DNA from: Eledone cirrhosa
Lineage: Eukaryota
Reading direction: 5' to 3'
Assembly: GCA_964016885.1 (NCBI GenBank)
Contig: OZ024740.1
Location: 247,752,001 to 247,816,000, forward strand
Length of the DNA: 64,000 nt
Below the pieces are notes generated by a model, which had not been told where the DNA came from, searched no databases, and was given only the letters and a program-made list of their open reading frames with translations. How positions within the stretch are numbered: the stretch's first letter is position 1; each line of letters starts with the position of its first letter. Positions 41,484 through 53,840 of the stretch are shown piece after piece. A program made the translations under genes and the position numbers.

Positions 41484-41837
41484 TATTATTGTTATTATTA
41501 CTGTTTATTGTTATACTGTGTGTGTCAAATTTGTTGATAAGGAATATACGACTGTTGTTTCTTGTGTTAAAACTTTGCTGCCAAACCAAAGAATATATTA
41601 ATAATAATAATAATTATTATTATTATTAATATTATTATTATTGAATGCCATGGTTGGCGGAGACTCGGCTCTGTAAGGTATAGTCATTTTTAACCGCTAT
41701 AACAATTGTAAATTGTTTAAAACTTTAACCCTCCTCCTTGTGAGAGGGGTCTTTCTGCCCGTTATTTGGCCCTTCGGGGTTAAATAACCGCTTATTGGGG
41801 ATTAGTGCCCAATATTCATTTTAAACCCCAAAAAAAC

Positions 41838-43953
41838 ATGGCTACAAAAAATAATTTTTACAAGTCACTCCAACTCATTCCGTCTTCTTCCTCAATCATC
41901 ACTACATCAGAGAGAAGATTGTCTCTCTCTACCTCCCTTCTCTAAATGTGTCTCTCTCCCTCCCTTCTCTTTCGCAAGCGACGCCAGTAAAGAAAAAGAA
42001 AAATATAGTTTCTGATAGTTTCCAAGAGCACGTGCATAACGTGGAACATTACTCCACGACGACGACAACGACGAAATATGTGTGCGGTAAATACGGAAAG
42101 CCATTTCATTCGTCTGACGTCATGAATAATAGCAGTAGCAGACCTAATAACAGCAGCAGCAGCAACAGTGACAGGGAAAACAATAGTAGCAGCCGCAACA
42201 GCAGCAGCAGCATAAACAACAACAACAGCAGCAGCAACAACAACAACAACCACAGCAACAGCGGCGGCGGCAGTCGTAGTACCAGCAGCAACAACAAAAG
42301 TAACAGCAGCTCTGACGACAACAACAACAACAACAACAAAGAAAAACCAATCTCGTTTGCAGGTATCGCAAAGAACCTGGATACCATCCTTATAATAAAT
42401 GAGGAATTACAGGAAGCAAAGAAGATGGTGACGAAAACCGGACACCGAGCAATCTGCAAGGCAGCCGAAAAATTGTTCGAAACCCAACAGCACTGTACGG
42501 TCACGTACTGTACAGTAAGCACAAAATCCCGTAGGGTTGAAAGAGCCACGGAGGCTCAAATACAAAAATCTTTGGGGTCTGTGTGGCAGCGGAAAACGGA
42601 TATCACCCGAGGCAAGAAATATGCCACCGTGGACGTGCTTTTTTCCACACCCCAGGAGGCAAAGGCTCAATCCTTAGTGACCCTAAGGAGCGAGGAAATG
42701 ATGTTGGTGCCCTCCTACTGCGGACAACAAATTGTGAGGGTCAAACTGACCCACGTCCCCCCGGGATGGCTCCTTCTTGGCTGGCCGCGTCTGTCCTTGT
42801 CGGAATCGAGGACAAAAAACTGTACTGCAAGTACAGAAAAAAGTAAGAGAAGATTGGGTCGGGACCTCCATTGAGATGTTAATCCAAACCAACCAGGGAT
42901 GCATCGAAGCTATCCCGGATGTGATAGACTTCGATAACAGCACTCAACAGCCCATAAGTGTTGAGGGCAAACGCCCGAAATGCTTTCACTGTGGATCGAA
43001 GACTCACCTCAGGGCCTTCTGCAATGAGAAGACCCTGAGAAAGGAGAAAACCCCCCTCCTTCCGAAACCGGCTCCACTGCTACCAGCAACAGGACAAGCG
43101 GCAAGCAGAAAGGATAGGTCCGTGGCACCCATACCCACGCCACGGAAATCAAGAACAGCAGCAGCAGTGGAAGTATTTACAACAACATCAATACCAACTG
43201 CAGCTGCAACAGAGACGCCACTGCAAACATCACCAACAACAACAAGTGAAAGAGTGGAGCTGGTACCCCTCCCCGACCTCACAGAATCGGACATGGAGTG
43301 TGAGGTAAGAGAGGGATGGCAAAAGGTCGCAAGTAGGCACAAACGCAGAAGCAGCGCATCGTCGCCTTCGAAAAGGGAGGAAAGAAATGAAAAAAGGCTA
43401 CTGCAAAGAGACTTACAGCAGCAATACCACCAACACCATCACCACCCACACTAGCACCACCATCACCACCGGTGGCAACACCACCGCAAACAACAACACC
43501 TTCAACACCAGCACCACAAGCACCAACATCGCAAACACAGCAACAAAACACACACACCCTGCAACAACGACAAGAAAATAGCAGAACCACAACCCACCCC
43601 CATAAAAACAAATGCACAGCAATAAATACACACAACAAGAAACTAATGACTTACATAATTGAACACACAGACATTTCACAGCACGACTACATAATACCAG
43701 ACCAATCAAAACACCAACGAACATAAGAGTGGTAAGAAAAGCACAGAAGCAATACACAAACATTAAAAGGAAATTCCCCAACGCAGTTGGTGATTTCAGA
43801 GACCTAGGAGGGACTCTCAACCAAAGAGTATATTTGGATATACTCACAGAAGAGCCGACAACCAGCCGAAGGGACGATTCAACGGTCCCTTCACCAGACG
43901 ATCAAGTGAAAAGGGATGGAGAAACCATCCTTTCTCTACGAGAAGTAAGGTAG
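41838..43953 (+). pseudogene. ORF1 type B, frameshifted
   Basis: Split ORFs homologous to 53841-55937. Confidence 0.9.
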
Positions 43954-43987
43954 GTGGTCTTTCCCATCTTTTCCACTCCATTTCAAC

Positions 43988-46900
43988 ATGAGCACACTCA
44001 GAATAGGCAGCATAAATACGCGTGGCCTGGGGTCATCATGGAAGCAGGGCCACCTGCTCAACGACCTCAGGTCACTAAAGATAGATGTAGTGGCCATCAG
44101 CGAGACCAGAATCTCCGAAACACGGACCTTCGCACCGATCTTCAGCGGCTACGATGTGTACGCATCTACCACACGTCTTGGATCGGGAGGAGGAGTTGCT
44201 GTGCTTTTTCGGAGAGGTTTAGTTCTCGCCATACGGGCCATCTTCCTGGACCCAGAGGGTAAGCTGGTGGTGCTGGACGTGACCAGCGGAGACGGGCAAG
44301 CTTTCAGGCTAGTGGCCGTCTATGACCCGACAGGAGCAGGGCGGCCTGATTTCTTCCGGCGTCTGGAGACCTTTCTTGAAACGTCCCGCTCTCTAGTGTT
44401 AGTGGGCAACTGGAACGGGATCTTAGATGCACGCTGGGATTGTGTGGGATTAGCGGATAGGGGAGGGGGTGCAAGAGCCTCACCAATCTGCTCAGGCGTT
44501 TTGAACTCTCTGACAGGTACCGATTGGATTTCCCGAATGTTCCAATGTGGATATGGACAAATCGCATAGGGTCATCCAGATCATATCTAGATAGAGTATT
44601 TTGTAGGGAAATAGATAAGTCTAGCATAGGCTGTCCACAATTCAAGATAGTCAGTTACACGGACCACAAATTCGTGATCTGTGTGCTTGACTTAGATAGG
44701 CCTCATAGACGAGGACCCGGCTACTGGAAGCTAAACGCGTCCTTACCAGCGAGCAAGGCCTACAGAGACCGGATTAGCGAACTAGTTAAGCGGGCGTTGA
44801 CGGGAGCCATCGTCAACAAGTGATGGTTTGCTCTGAAAAGAGTGATTAGAATAGAGTCCATTAGGTTTAGTAAGGCTTTAGCAATAGGGAAAAATAGAGC
44901 AGAGGGAGAACTAGTTAGAAAATTAGACGAGGCGCTTAGCAGAGGCATCGTGACCGACGTACTTGCGGCGAAATTGGCCCTTGACCAATTCTTCAATGCA
45001 AAGGACGAAGGCTGCGTTGTCAGAGCTAGGGTGCGTGCTCTCAGACACGAGGGGACGAAAGCCGTTCAATGGGCCCGAGTGGCGGAGGCGCGTCGTGGCA
45101 ACACAGCCACGATCCGGTCTTTGGTGAACTACGACGGGCGCATGCTACTCGATCCCGGGCAAATGTGTGAAGCTTTTCAGCGACACTTCGCTCAACTGTT
45201 CGGGGGCAGCGGCGGGCCGGATCGAGGGATGGACTTTAGTGTCTATCTCGACGGGCTGCCGCGGCCCTCGGCCACTGAGGCGGAGTGTTGCGAAAAGTCG
45301 ATAACAGCCGCTGAAGTACGGGAGGCAATGACTGGCTAAACAAGGGGTAAATCGCCTGGTTTGGATGGTCTTCCCTATGAACTTTACGTACAAATGCCAG
45401 ACTTGTTCGGAGGCCTCTTGGCGTACGTCTACTGCAACTGGCAACAGAACGGGAGAATTCCCAGCTCTGTGAGCCGAGAAGCGGTGGCGCTGCTGAGATA
45501 GAATCCGAACAAGGGGGATAACATAGATAATTTTAGGCCCATAACCCTGCTAAACACAGAGTTCAAGATTTTGGCCAAGGTGCTAGCAAAGAGGTTGGCG
45601 CTTGTCGTTGGTGGTCTGGTGGGAGAGGCGCAGACATGCGCCATTCCCGACAGATCCATCCACGACAACCTCCACCTCATGCGATACATCGTAGAGAGGG
45701 TAGCTAGGGAACCTGGCACGGGTGGGTCTTTGATAAATTTAGATCAGTCGAAAGCTTTCGATAGGGTCGACCATCGTTACCTAGCGGCAGTCTTGAGGGC
45801 GGCTGGATTTGGGCCCGTCTTCAGAGGCTGGATCGCTGCCATGCACGGCGACATCTGCTCTGTGGTGAGAGTGAACGGTCACCTTTCGGAACCGTTCAAC
45901 ATAATGCGCTCGGTCCGCCAAGGATGTCCCCTCTCGTCCCTCTTGTACGTATTGACTCTCGAGCCATTACTGCACAAACTGGAGACGTTGAGGGGGGGTC
46001 CCGCGCGAACTAGGATGCGGAAGATCCGTGTCAGCATATGCGGACGATGTCACCGTAGTGGTGTCGAACGCCAAACACATCGAGGCGATCGGCACTACAC
46101 TAAGAGAATACGAAGCGGTGACAGGAGCAATGATCAACCAGGAAAAGTCAGTGGGCCTGCAGCTCGGCACCTGGAGAGGCAGGTCCATGCCGTCTAACAG
46201 CGTCGTCGGGCGCTGGACGGACGGACCGGTTAAATTGCTAGGGGTCTGGTTCGGTCCGGACCTCCAGACGGACAAAAACTGGGACGAGGTGACGAGCAGG
46301 GTGGCTTCTCTCACCCAGAAATGGGCAGAGAGGAAGCTATCCCTGAAAGGTCGAGCGGAGGTGGCTAACGCGTACATCGCGTCCGTAATCTACTTCAGCA
46401 TGACCGTTGTACCTTGTCCTAAGCCCCGCCTGACTGTGCTGGAGCGTTTGCTCTTTCGCTTTTTTTGGAAGGGTCGCGCTCCGATAGTCAGGCAGTACAT
46501 CTGCTGTCAACACCCGCTACGTGGAGGGCTGGCCATGCCGTGGCTGATGATGCGCAGACACGCGCTCAGGCTACGACATCTCCACCTCTTCTTCGGCGGT
46601 GCTCAGGTGTGGTCGCCGTTTGCTAGACGCGTCTTTCCCCAGCTCGTCTACTTGACGGAGCTGCAGTCCTGGGTCAAGCAAAGACCGAGGGGGAGCTCTT
46701 GGAGACTGGAATGTCTTCAGGCGCTCACAGCCCTCGACCAATCAGGCAATGTGATCGGTGGAAACTCCACCTTGGCGTTCTATAGAGGATTAGTGGAGGG
46801 GAAGAGCGACGACGTACTTGGAGAAACTCTAGGCGGCGACGAAAATCAACTAGCCAATCTCTTCGGACGGACTTTCGGGCCGGGGCCTATGGACAACTTC

Positions 46901-47404
46901 CAGAAATCCCTGGCCTGGCAGTGTTACCGGGGAGCTTTGCCAGTTCGTGATAAACTCTACAGGCATGGAGGTGCCGTCAGCCGGGCATGTCCGAGATGCG
47001 CGCAGGGCGACGAAACCGTCCTGCACGCACTCGTCCAGTGTCCGAGCATTGCTGACTTGTGGGTTTATGTCGAACACCTGCTGTCACGCGTAGGACGGAT
47101 CCAGCTATCAGCTGAGTCCATCGTGATGATTGCCCCTCCCTCTTCCTTTAGCCGGGAAGGGCAGGCAGTTTTTATCTGTCTGGTGGCCATGGCGAAAGAG
47201 ATAGTATGGTGGACACGTTTGAAAGGGCTGAAGACGAGCACTTACCTCTTCGGTGATGCCCTGATTAACTTTTTCAAATTTCATTTGAAAAGGAAAATCA
47301 GGGTAGAGAGGGAACTGCTCTCTTCCCAGCATTTTGTTGAAAGATGGGTGAGAGAGGCAAGAATGGCCCTAGTGAATGGGCCTACTCTGAGTATGTGTCT
47401 GTAA
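43988..47404 (+). pseudogene. ORF2 (APE-RT-CCHC) with frameshifts and stops
   Basis: Pieces 43988-44569, 44524-44823, 44842-45339, 45571-46197, 46028-47404. Confidence 0.92.
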
Positions 47405-47648
47405 ATTAAAGGTGGAAAACTGGGAGAGGGCACTTGCCCTGGTGGTCAGGGTCACTGTGGTCTTTTAATGGGCTTTCTCCACAAATGTCCCTCGGAAGTC
47501 TCCTCCCTATTGGGGAATTTTTCTTTGTTATTTTATTACATCCTCTGTTTTTTTTTACACGCAGAAATGCCCATTTGTACCGTCCTGTGTTGTCCTGTAC
47601 TGTCCTTAATGTCTACTTTATGTAAACCCTTGTGGTCAATAAAGAAAA

Positions 47649-47706
<58 letters not shown>

Positions 47707-47914
47707 GGCGACCTACGTAGGAAATCGTATTATCGTGAGCTCCGCAAAGGTTTGTTATTTCCGTTTGTTTAAAAATTGCCATTTATGGAAAATTTTATTG
47801 TAAAATGTTTATAAGCACACATACATTGTTTTCCGAAAAGGACACCCAAAAAGATTGGGGCCTTGTGCCCAAAATTTTAACTTTTATTATTATCCAAAAA
47901 TTTCTTTGAAAAAA

Positions 47915-49885
47915 ATGGCTAATTCCCCTCTGCACGAAGCAGCTGAAAGCCTTCCTCACAAAATAACACCTCACACCGACACCACCATTGTAAATGTTAC
48001 TACGTTTGCCAACACAAAAAAAAATATAAGCAGTAGCAATATTTTAAATTTGTCTCAGGCAGACATTCATTTCCCGCCATTACCAATGACTGCAGGTGTT
48101 AAACCCTCCACCACCACCACCACCGCGACAACAGAAACAAAAGAAGAAAAAAATAAATTAACTCGTGACGTCGAAATGAAATCAAGCAAAATGGACTCTT
48201 CTCCACCAAAGACGACTGACGTCACCACCACCACAACTGAAAATAAAATTAATATTAACGATAGCAACAACAACAACAATGACATTATAAAACCGACCCT
48301 CAGTTTCGCCATCGTAGCAAAACAATTCGAAGCGTTCACGGTAACTCAAGAAGATTTAGAAAATGCCAAACAAATGGTAAAGAAAGATGGGTACAGGGTC
48401 AGCCTCACGCCCCCCCCCCCCACCCCCACCTAATAAAATGGAGCATCGGCGCCTGTGCACCGTGTCGTATAGAACAATAAATGTAAAATCGCGCCGAGTG
48501 GAACGGGCATCCGAGTCCCAAATCCAAAAAGCTTTGGGACATGTGTGGGCAAGAAAAACCCACATCAGACGTGGGCAAAAGTATGGAACCGTGGATGTGT
48601 TCTTTGAAACACCAGAGGAGGCTAGAGAACACTCCATGGCCCCATTAAAAAGTGACGACCTCACACTCATCCCAAGCTATTGTGGCCAGAGACTCGTAAA
48701 GATCAGGGTGACCCACGTTCCACCGGCCATCGAAATTCCCTGGCTAATAGCGGCTGTCCTCGCCGGCATCGAAGCCAACACGAAAATAATAGCAGTAGCA
48801 AAAGACAAGCAGGAAAACTGGTCCGGATCTGGGATGGAGCTCCTGATCCAAGCGGACCAAAAAAGCATTGAGGAGATCCCAGAGGTAATAGACCTCACTG
48901 ACGGCAGCCACCTCACGGTAATTGTCGAGGGCAGAAGACCTAGGTGTGTCGTTTGTGGTGAAGGAACCCACCTAAGGGCTTTCTGCCCTCAGGCTAAAAG
49001 GTTGAGGCCACCTCTCCTACCCACCCCAGTGACACAACCATCAACACCACCAGTAGCAGAGATGGCAGCAACAACTGTAGCAGCAACAACAGAAGCAACT
49101 ATAACAGCAACAACCCCAGCAACAGTAGCAAAACCAACACCACTACCACCACCAGCAAAACCAACACCACCACCACCCAACGCTTCAGAACTAGCACCAG
49201 CGCCTACACCATCCACCACACCACAACCAAAACTAACGGCTGTGGAGGATTTTCCACTCCCCGGCCTATCACAACTGGAGACAGATTGTGACGACGAGGA
49301 GTGGGAAACGATATCCGGAAAAAAAAAAGAAACCAAAAAAGAAAAAATTCTCTTCCTTCCCCCTCCAAAAACAAAATACAGAGGGAAACAAATAAACTAA
49401 GAAACAAAAAAGTTAGGACAGATATGCCACCATCCACACCAGCATCACCAACCCCATCAACCCAAACACCAACACCATCACCATCATTATCCCCAGCACC
49501 ACAATCACCTACACCACAAAAGTCACCAAAATGCGAAACAGAAACAAACCCACAACAAACGCATACAAAACAAAACAACCAAAACGATACACACTACACA
49601 TCATTAAATTTGAACAACAAGCAATTATTACACTACATCCAACACAACACCAGCATCACAGAAAAAGACTACACAACAACCCCAAAATTCACACCACCTC
49701 CACACATACAAATCACTCGCATCACACAGAAAACGTACATGACACTAAAACAAAAATTCCCCAAAGACATCGGAGACTTCCGACAAGCACTCTCCAGGAG
49801 GATTTATAAGGACATCCTTCCTGAGGAGGCCACAAGCAGTGAAAAGGATGGAAAAGCCGTCCTTCCCCTACGAGAAGTAAGGTAA
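47915..49885 (+). pseudogene. ORF1 type A (nucleic-acid binding, CCHC knuckle), two homopolymer frameshifts
   Basis: MANSPLHEAA...; CVVCGEGTHLRAFC; frame changes at the C-run ~48410-48430 and A-run ~49319-49328. Confidence 0.88.
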
Positions 49886-49919
49886 GTGGTCTTTCCCATC
49901 TTTTCCACTCCTTTTCAAC

Positions 49920-52900
49920 ATGACCTCACTCAGAATAGGCAGCATAAATGCGCGTGGCTTGGGGTGGTCATGGAAGCAGGGCCACCTGCTCAACGACCTC
50001 AGGTCACTAAACATAGATGTAGTGGCCATCAGCGAGACCAGAATCTCCGAAGCACAGGCTTTCGCACCGATCTTCGGCGGCTACGATGTGTACGCATCTC
50101 CCAGCCGTCCGGGATCGGGGGGAGGATTTGCTGTGCTTTTTCGGAGAGGTTTGGATCTTGCCATACGGGCCATCTTCCTGGACCCAGAAGGTAAGTTGGT
50201 GGTGCTGGACGTGACCAGCGGAGACGGGCAAGCTTTCAGGTTAGTGGCCGTCTATGCCCCGACAGGAGCAGGGCGGCCTGATTTCTTCCGGCGACTGGAG
50301 ACCTTTCTTGGAACGTCCCGCTCTTTAGTGTTAGTGGGCGACTGGAACGGGATCTTAGATGCACGCTGGGATTGTGTGGGATTAGTGGATAGGGAAGGAG
50401 GGTGCAAGAGTCTCACCAACCTGCTCAGACGTTTTGAACTGTCTGACAGGTACCGAATGGATTTCCCGAATGTACCAATGTGGACTTGGACAAATCGCAT
50501 AGGGTCATCCAGATCATATCTAGATAGAGTATTTTGTAGGGAAATAGATAGGTCTAGCATAGGCTGTCCACAATTCAAGATAGTCAGCTACACGGACCAC
50601 AAATTCGTGATCTGTGTGCTTGACTTAGATAGGCTTCATAGACGAGGACCCGGCTACTGGAAGTTAAACGCATCCTTACCAGCGCGCAAGGCCTACAGAG
50701 ACCGGATTAGCGAACTAGTTAAGCGGGCGTTCACGGGGGCCATCGTCAACAACAAGTGGTGGTTTGCTCTGAAAAGAGCAATTAGAATAGAGTCCATTAG
50801 GTTTAGTAAGACTTTAGCAATAGAGAAAAATAGAGCAGAGGGAGAATTAGTTAGAAAATTAGATGAGGCGCTTAGCAAAGGCATCGCGACCGACGTACTT
50901 GCGGCGAAATTGGCCCTTGACCAATTCTTCAATGCAAAGGACGAAGGCTGCGTTGTCAGAGCTAGGGTGCGTGCTCTCAGACACGAGGGGACGAAAGCCG
51001 TTCAATGGGCCCGAGTGGCGGAGGCGCGTCGTGGCAACAAAGCCAGGATCCGGTCTTTGGTGGACCACGACGGGCGCATGCTACTCGATCCCGGGCAAAT
51101 GTGTGAAGCTTTTCAGCGACACTTCGCTCAACTGTTCGGGGGCAGTGGCGTGCCGGATCGAGGGATGGACTTTAGTGTCTACCTCGACGGACTGCCGCGG
51201 CTTTCGGCCACTGAGGCGGAGTGTTGCGAAAAGCCGATAACAACCGCTGAAGTACGGGATGCAATGACTAGTTGCACAAGGGGTAAATCGCCTGGTTTGG
51301 ATGGTCTGCCCTATGAACTTTACGTACAAATGCCAAACTTGTTCGGAGGCCTCTTGGCGGACGTCTACTGCTTCTGGCAACAGAACGGGAGAATTCCCAG
51401 CTCTGTGAGCCGAGGAGCGGTTGCGCTGCTGAGAAAGGATCCGAAAAAGGGGGATAACATAGATAATTTTAGGCCCATAACTCTGCTAAACACAGAGTTC
51501 AAGATTTTGGCCAAGGTGCTAGCAAAGAAGTTGGCGCTTGTCGTTGGTGGTCTGGTGGGAGAGGCACAGACATGCGCCATTCCCGACAGATCCATCCACG
51601 ACAACCTCCACCTCATGCGATACATCGTAGAGAGGGTAGCTAGGGAACCTGGCACGGGTGGGTCTTTTATCAATTTAGATCAGTCGAAAGCCTTCGATAG
51701 GGTCGACCATCGTTACCTAACGGCAGTCCTGAGGGCGGCTGGCTTTGGGCCCGTCTTCAGAGGCTGGATCGCTGCCATGCACAGCGACATCTGCTCTGTA
51801 GTGAGAGTGAACGGTCACCTTTCGGAACCGTTCAACATCATGCGCTCGGTCCGCCAAGGATGTCCCCTCTCGTCCCTATTGTACGTATTGACTCTCGAGC
51901 CATTACTGCACAAACTGGAGACGTTGAGGGGGTCCCGCGCGAACTAGGATGCGGAAGATCCGTGTCAGCATATGCGGACGATGTCACCGTAGTGGTGTCG
52001 AACGCCAAACACATCGAGGCGATCGGCACTACACTAAGAGAATACGAAGCGGTGACAGGAGCAATGATCAACCAGGAAAAGTCAGTGGGCCTGCAGCTCG
52101 GCACCTGGAGAGGCAGGTCCATGCCGTCCAACAGCGTCGTCGGGCGCTGGACGGACGGACCGGTTAAATTGCTAGGGGTCTGGTTCGGTCCAGACCTCCA
52201 GACGGACAAAAACTGGGACGAGGTGACGAGCAGGGTGGCTTCTCTCACCCAGAAATGGGCCGAGAGGAAGCTATCCCTGAAAGGTCGAGCGGAGGTGGCG
52301 AATGCGTACATCCCATCCGTCATCTACTACCGCCTGACCGTCGTACCTTGTCCTAAGCCCCGCCTGACTGCGCTGGAGCGTTTGCTCTTTCGCTTCTTGT
52401 GGAAGGGACGCGCTCCGATGGTCAGGCAGTCCATCTGCTGTCAACACCCGCTACGTGGAGGGCTGGGCATGCCGTGGCTGATGATGCGCAGACACGCGCT
52501 CAGGCTACGACATCTCCACCTCTTCCTCGACGGTGATCAGGTGTGGTCGCCGTTTGCAAGACACGTTTTTCCCCAGCTCGTCTCCTTGACGGAGCTGCAG
52601 TCCTGGGTCAAGCGAAGACTGAGAGGGAGCGCTTGGAGACTGGAATGTCTTCAGGCGCTCACAGCCCTCGACCAATCGGGCAATGTGATCGGTGGAAACT
52701 CCACCTTGGCGTTCTATAGGGGATTAGTGGAGGGGAAGAGCGACGACGTACTTGGAGAAACTCTAGGCGTCGACGAAAATCAACTAGCCAATCTCTTCGG
52801 AAGGACTTTCGGGCCGGGGCCTATGGACAACTTCCAGAAATCCCTGGCCTGGCAGTGCTACCGAGGAGCTTTGCCAGTTCGGGATAAACTCTACAGGCAT

Positions 52901-53338
52901 GGAGGTGCCGTCAGCCGGGCATGTCCGAGATGCGCGCAGGGCGACGAAACCGTCCTGCACGCACTCGTCCAGTGTCCGAGCATTGCTGACTTGTGGGTTT
53001 ATGTCGAACACCTGCTGTCACGTGTAGGACGGATCCAGCTATCAGCTGAGTCCATCGTGAGGATTGCCCCGCCCCCTTCCTTTAGCCTGGAAGGGCAGGC
53101 AGTTTTTATCTGTCTGGTGGCCATGGCGAAAGAGATAGTATGGTGGACACGTTTGAAAGGGCTGAAGACGAGCACTTACCTCTTCGGTGATGCCCTGATT
53201 AACTTTTTCAAATTTCATTTGAAAAGGAAAATCAGGGTAGAGAGGGAAGTGCTCTCTTCCCAGCATTTTGTTGAAAGATGGGTGAGAGAAGCAAGTATGG
53301 CCCGAATGAATGGGCCTTCTCTGAGTATGTGTCTGTAA
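49920..53338 (+). pseudogene. ORF2 with a single frameshift in a G-run (~51930)
   Basis: ORFs 49920-51947 and 51860-53338 together match 55973-59392. Confidence 0.92.
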
Positions 53339-53580
53339 ATTAAAGGTGGAAAACTGGGAGAGGGCACTTGCCCTGGTGGTCAGGGCCACTGTGGTCTTTT
53401 AATGGGCTTTCTCCACAAATGTCCCTTGGAAGTCTCCCCCCTATTGGGGAATTTTTCTTTGTTATTTCATTTCAACCTCTGTTTTTTTACACGCAGAAAT
53501 GCCCATTTGTACCGTCCTGTATTGTCCTGTACTGTCCTTAATGTCTACTTTATGTGAACCCTTGTGGTTAATAAAGAAAA

Positions 53581-53626
<46 letters not shown>

Positions 53627-53840
53627 GAATGCCATGGTTGACGGAGGCTCGGCTCTGTAAGGTATAGTAATTTTTAACCGTTAAAACAATTGTAAATTGT
53701 TTAAAACTTGAACCAAATTGTTGATAAAGACACCCTCCTCCTCGTGAGAGGGGTCTTTCTGTCCGTTATTTGGCCCTTCGGGGCTAAATAACCAGTTATT
53801 GGGGTTTTGAACCCAATATTCATTTTAAACAAAAAACAAC

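Larger units (their letters stand above)
41643..47649 (+). mobile_element. Full-length Tx1-like LINE, type B (array copy 1, disrupted)
   Basis: (att)n|gaatgccatgg start; ends aataaagaaaac-(ATT)n; colinear with 53627-59655. Confidence 0.95.
47707..53581 (+). mobile_element. Full-length Tx1-like LINE, type A (array copy 2)
   Basis: (att)n|ggcgacctacgt start; same 3' UTR and (ATT)n tail as the neighbours. Confidence 0.95.

Noticed and set aside
53627-53670. Leader donor (taag|gtatag) splicing directly to the ORF2 acceptor
   Set aside because: The open leader ATG frame is phase 0 and no matching-phase acceptor exists at the ORF2 start; the donor is weak
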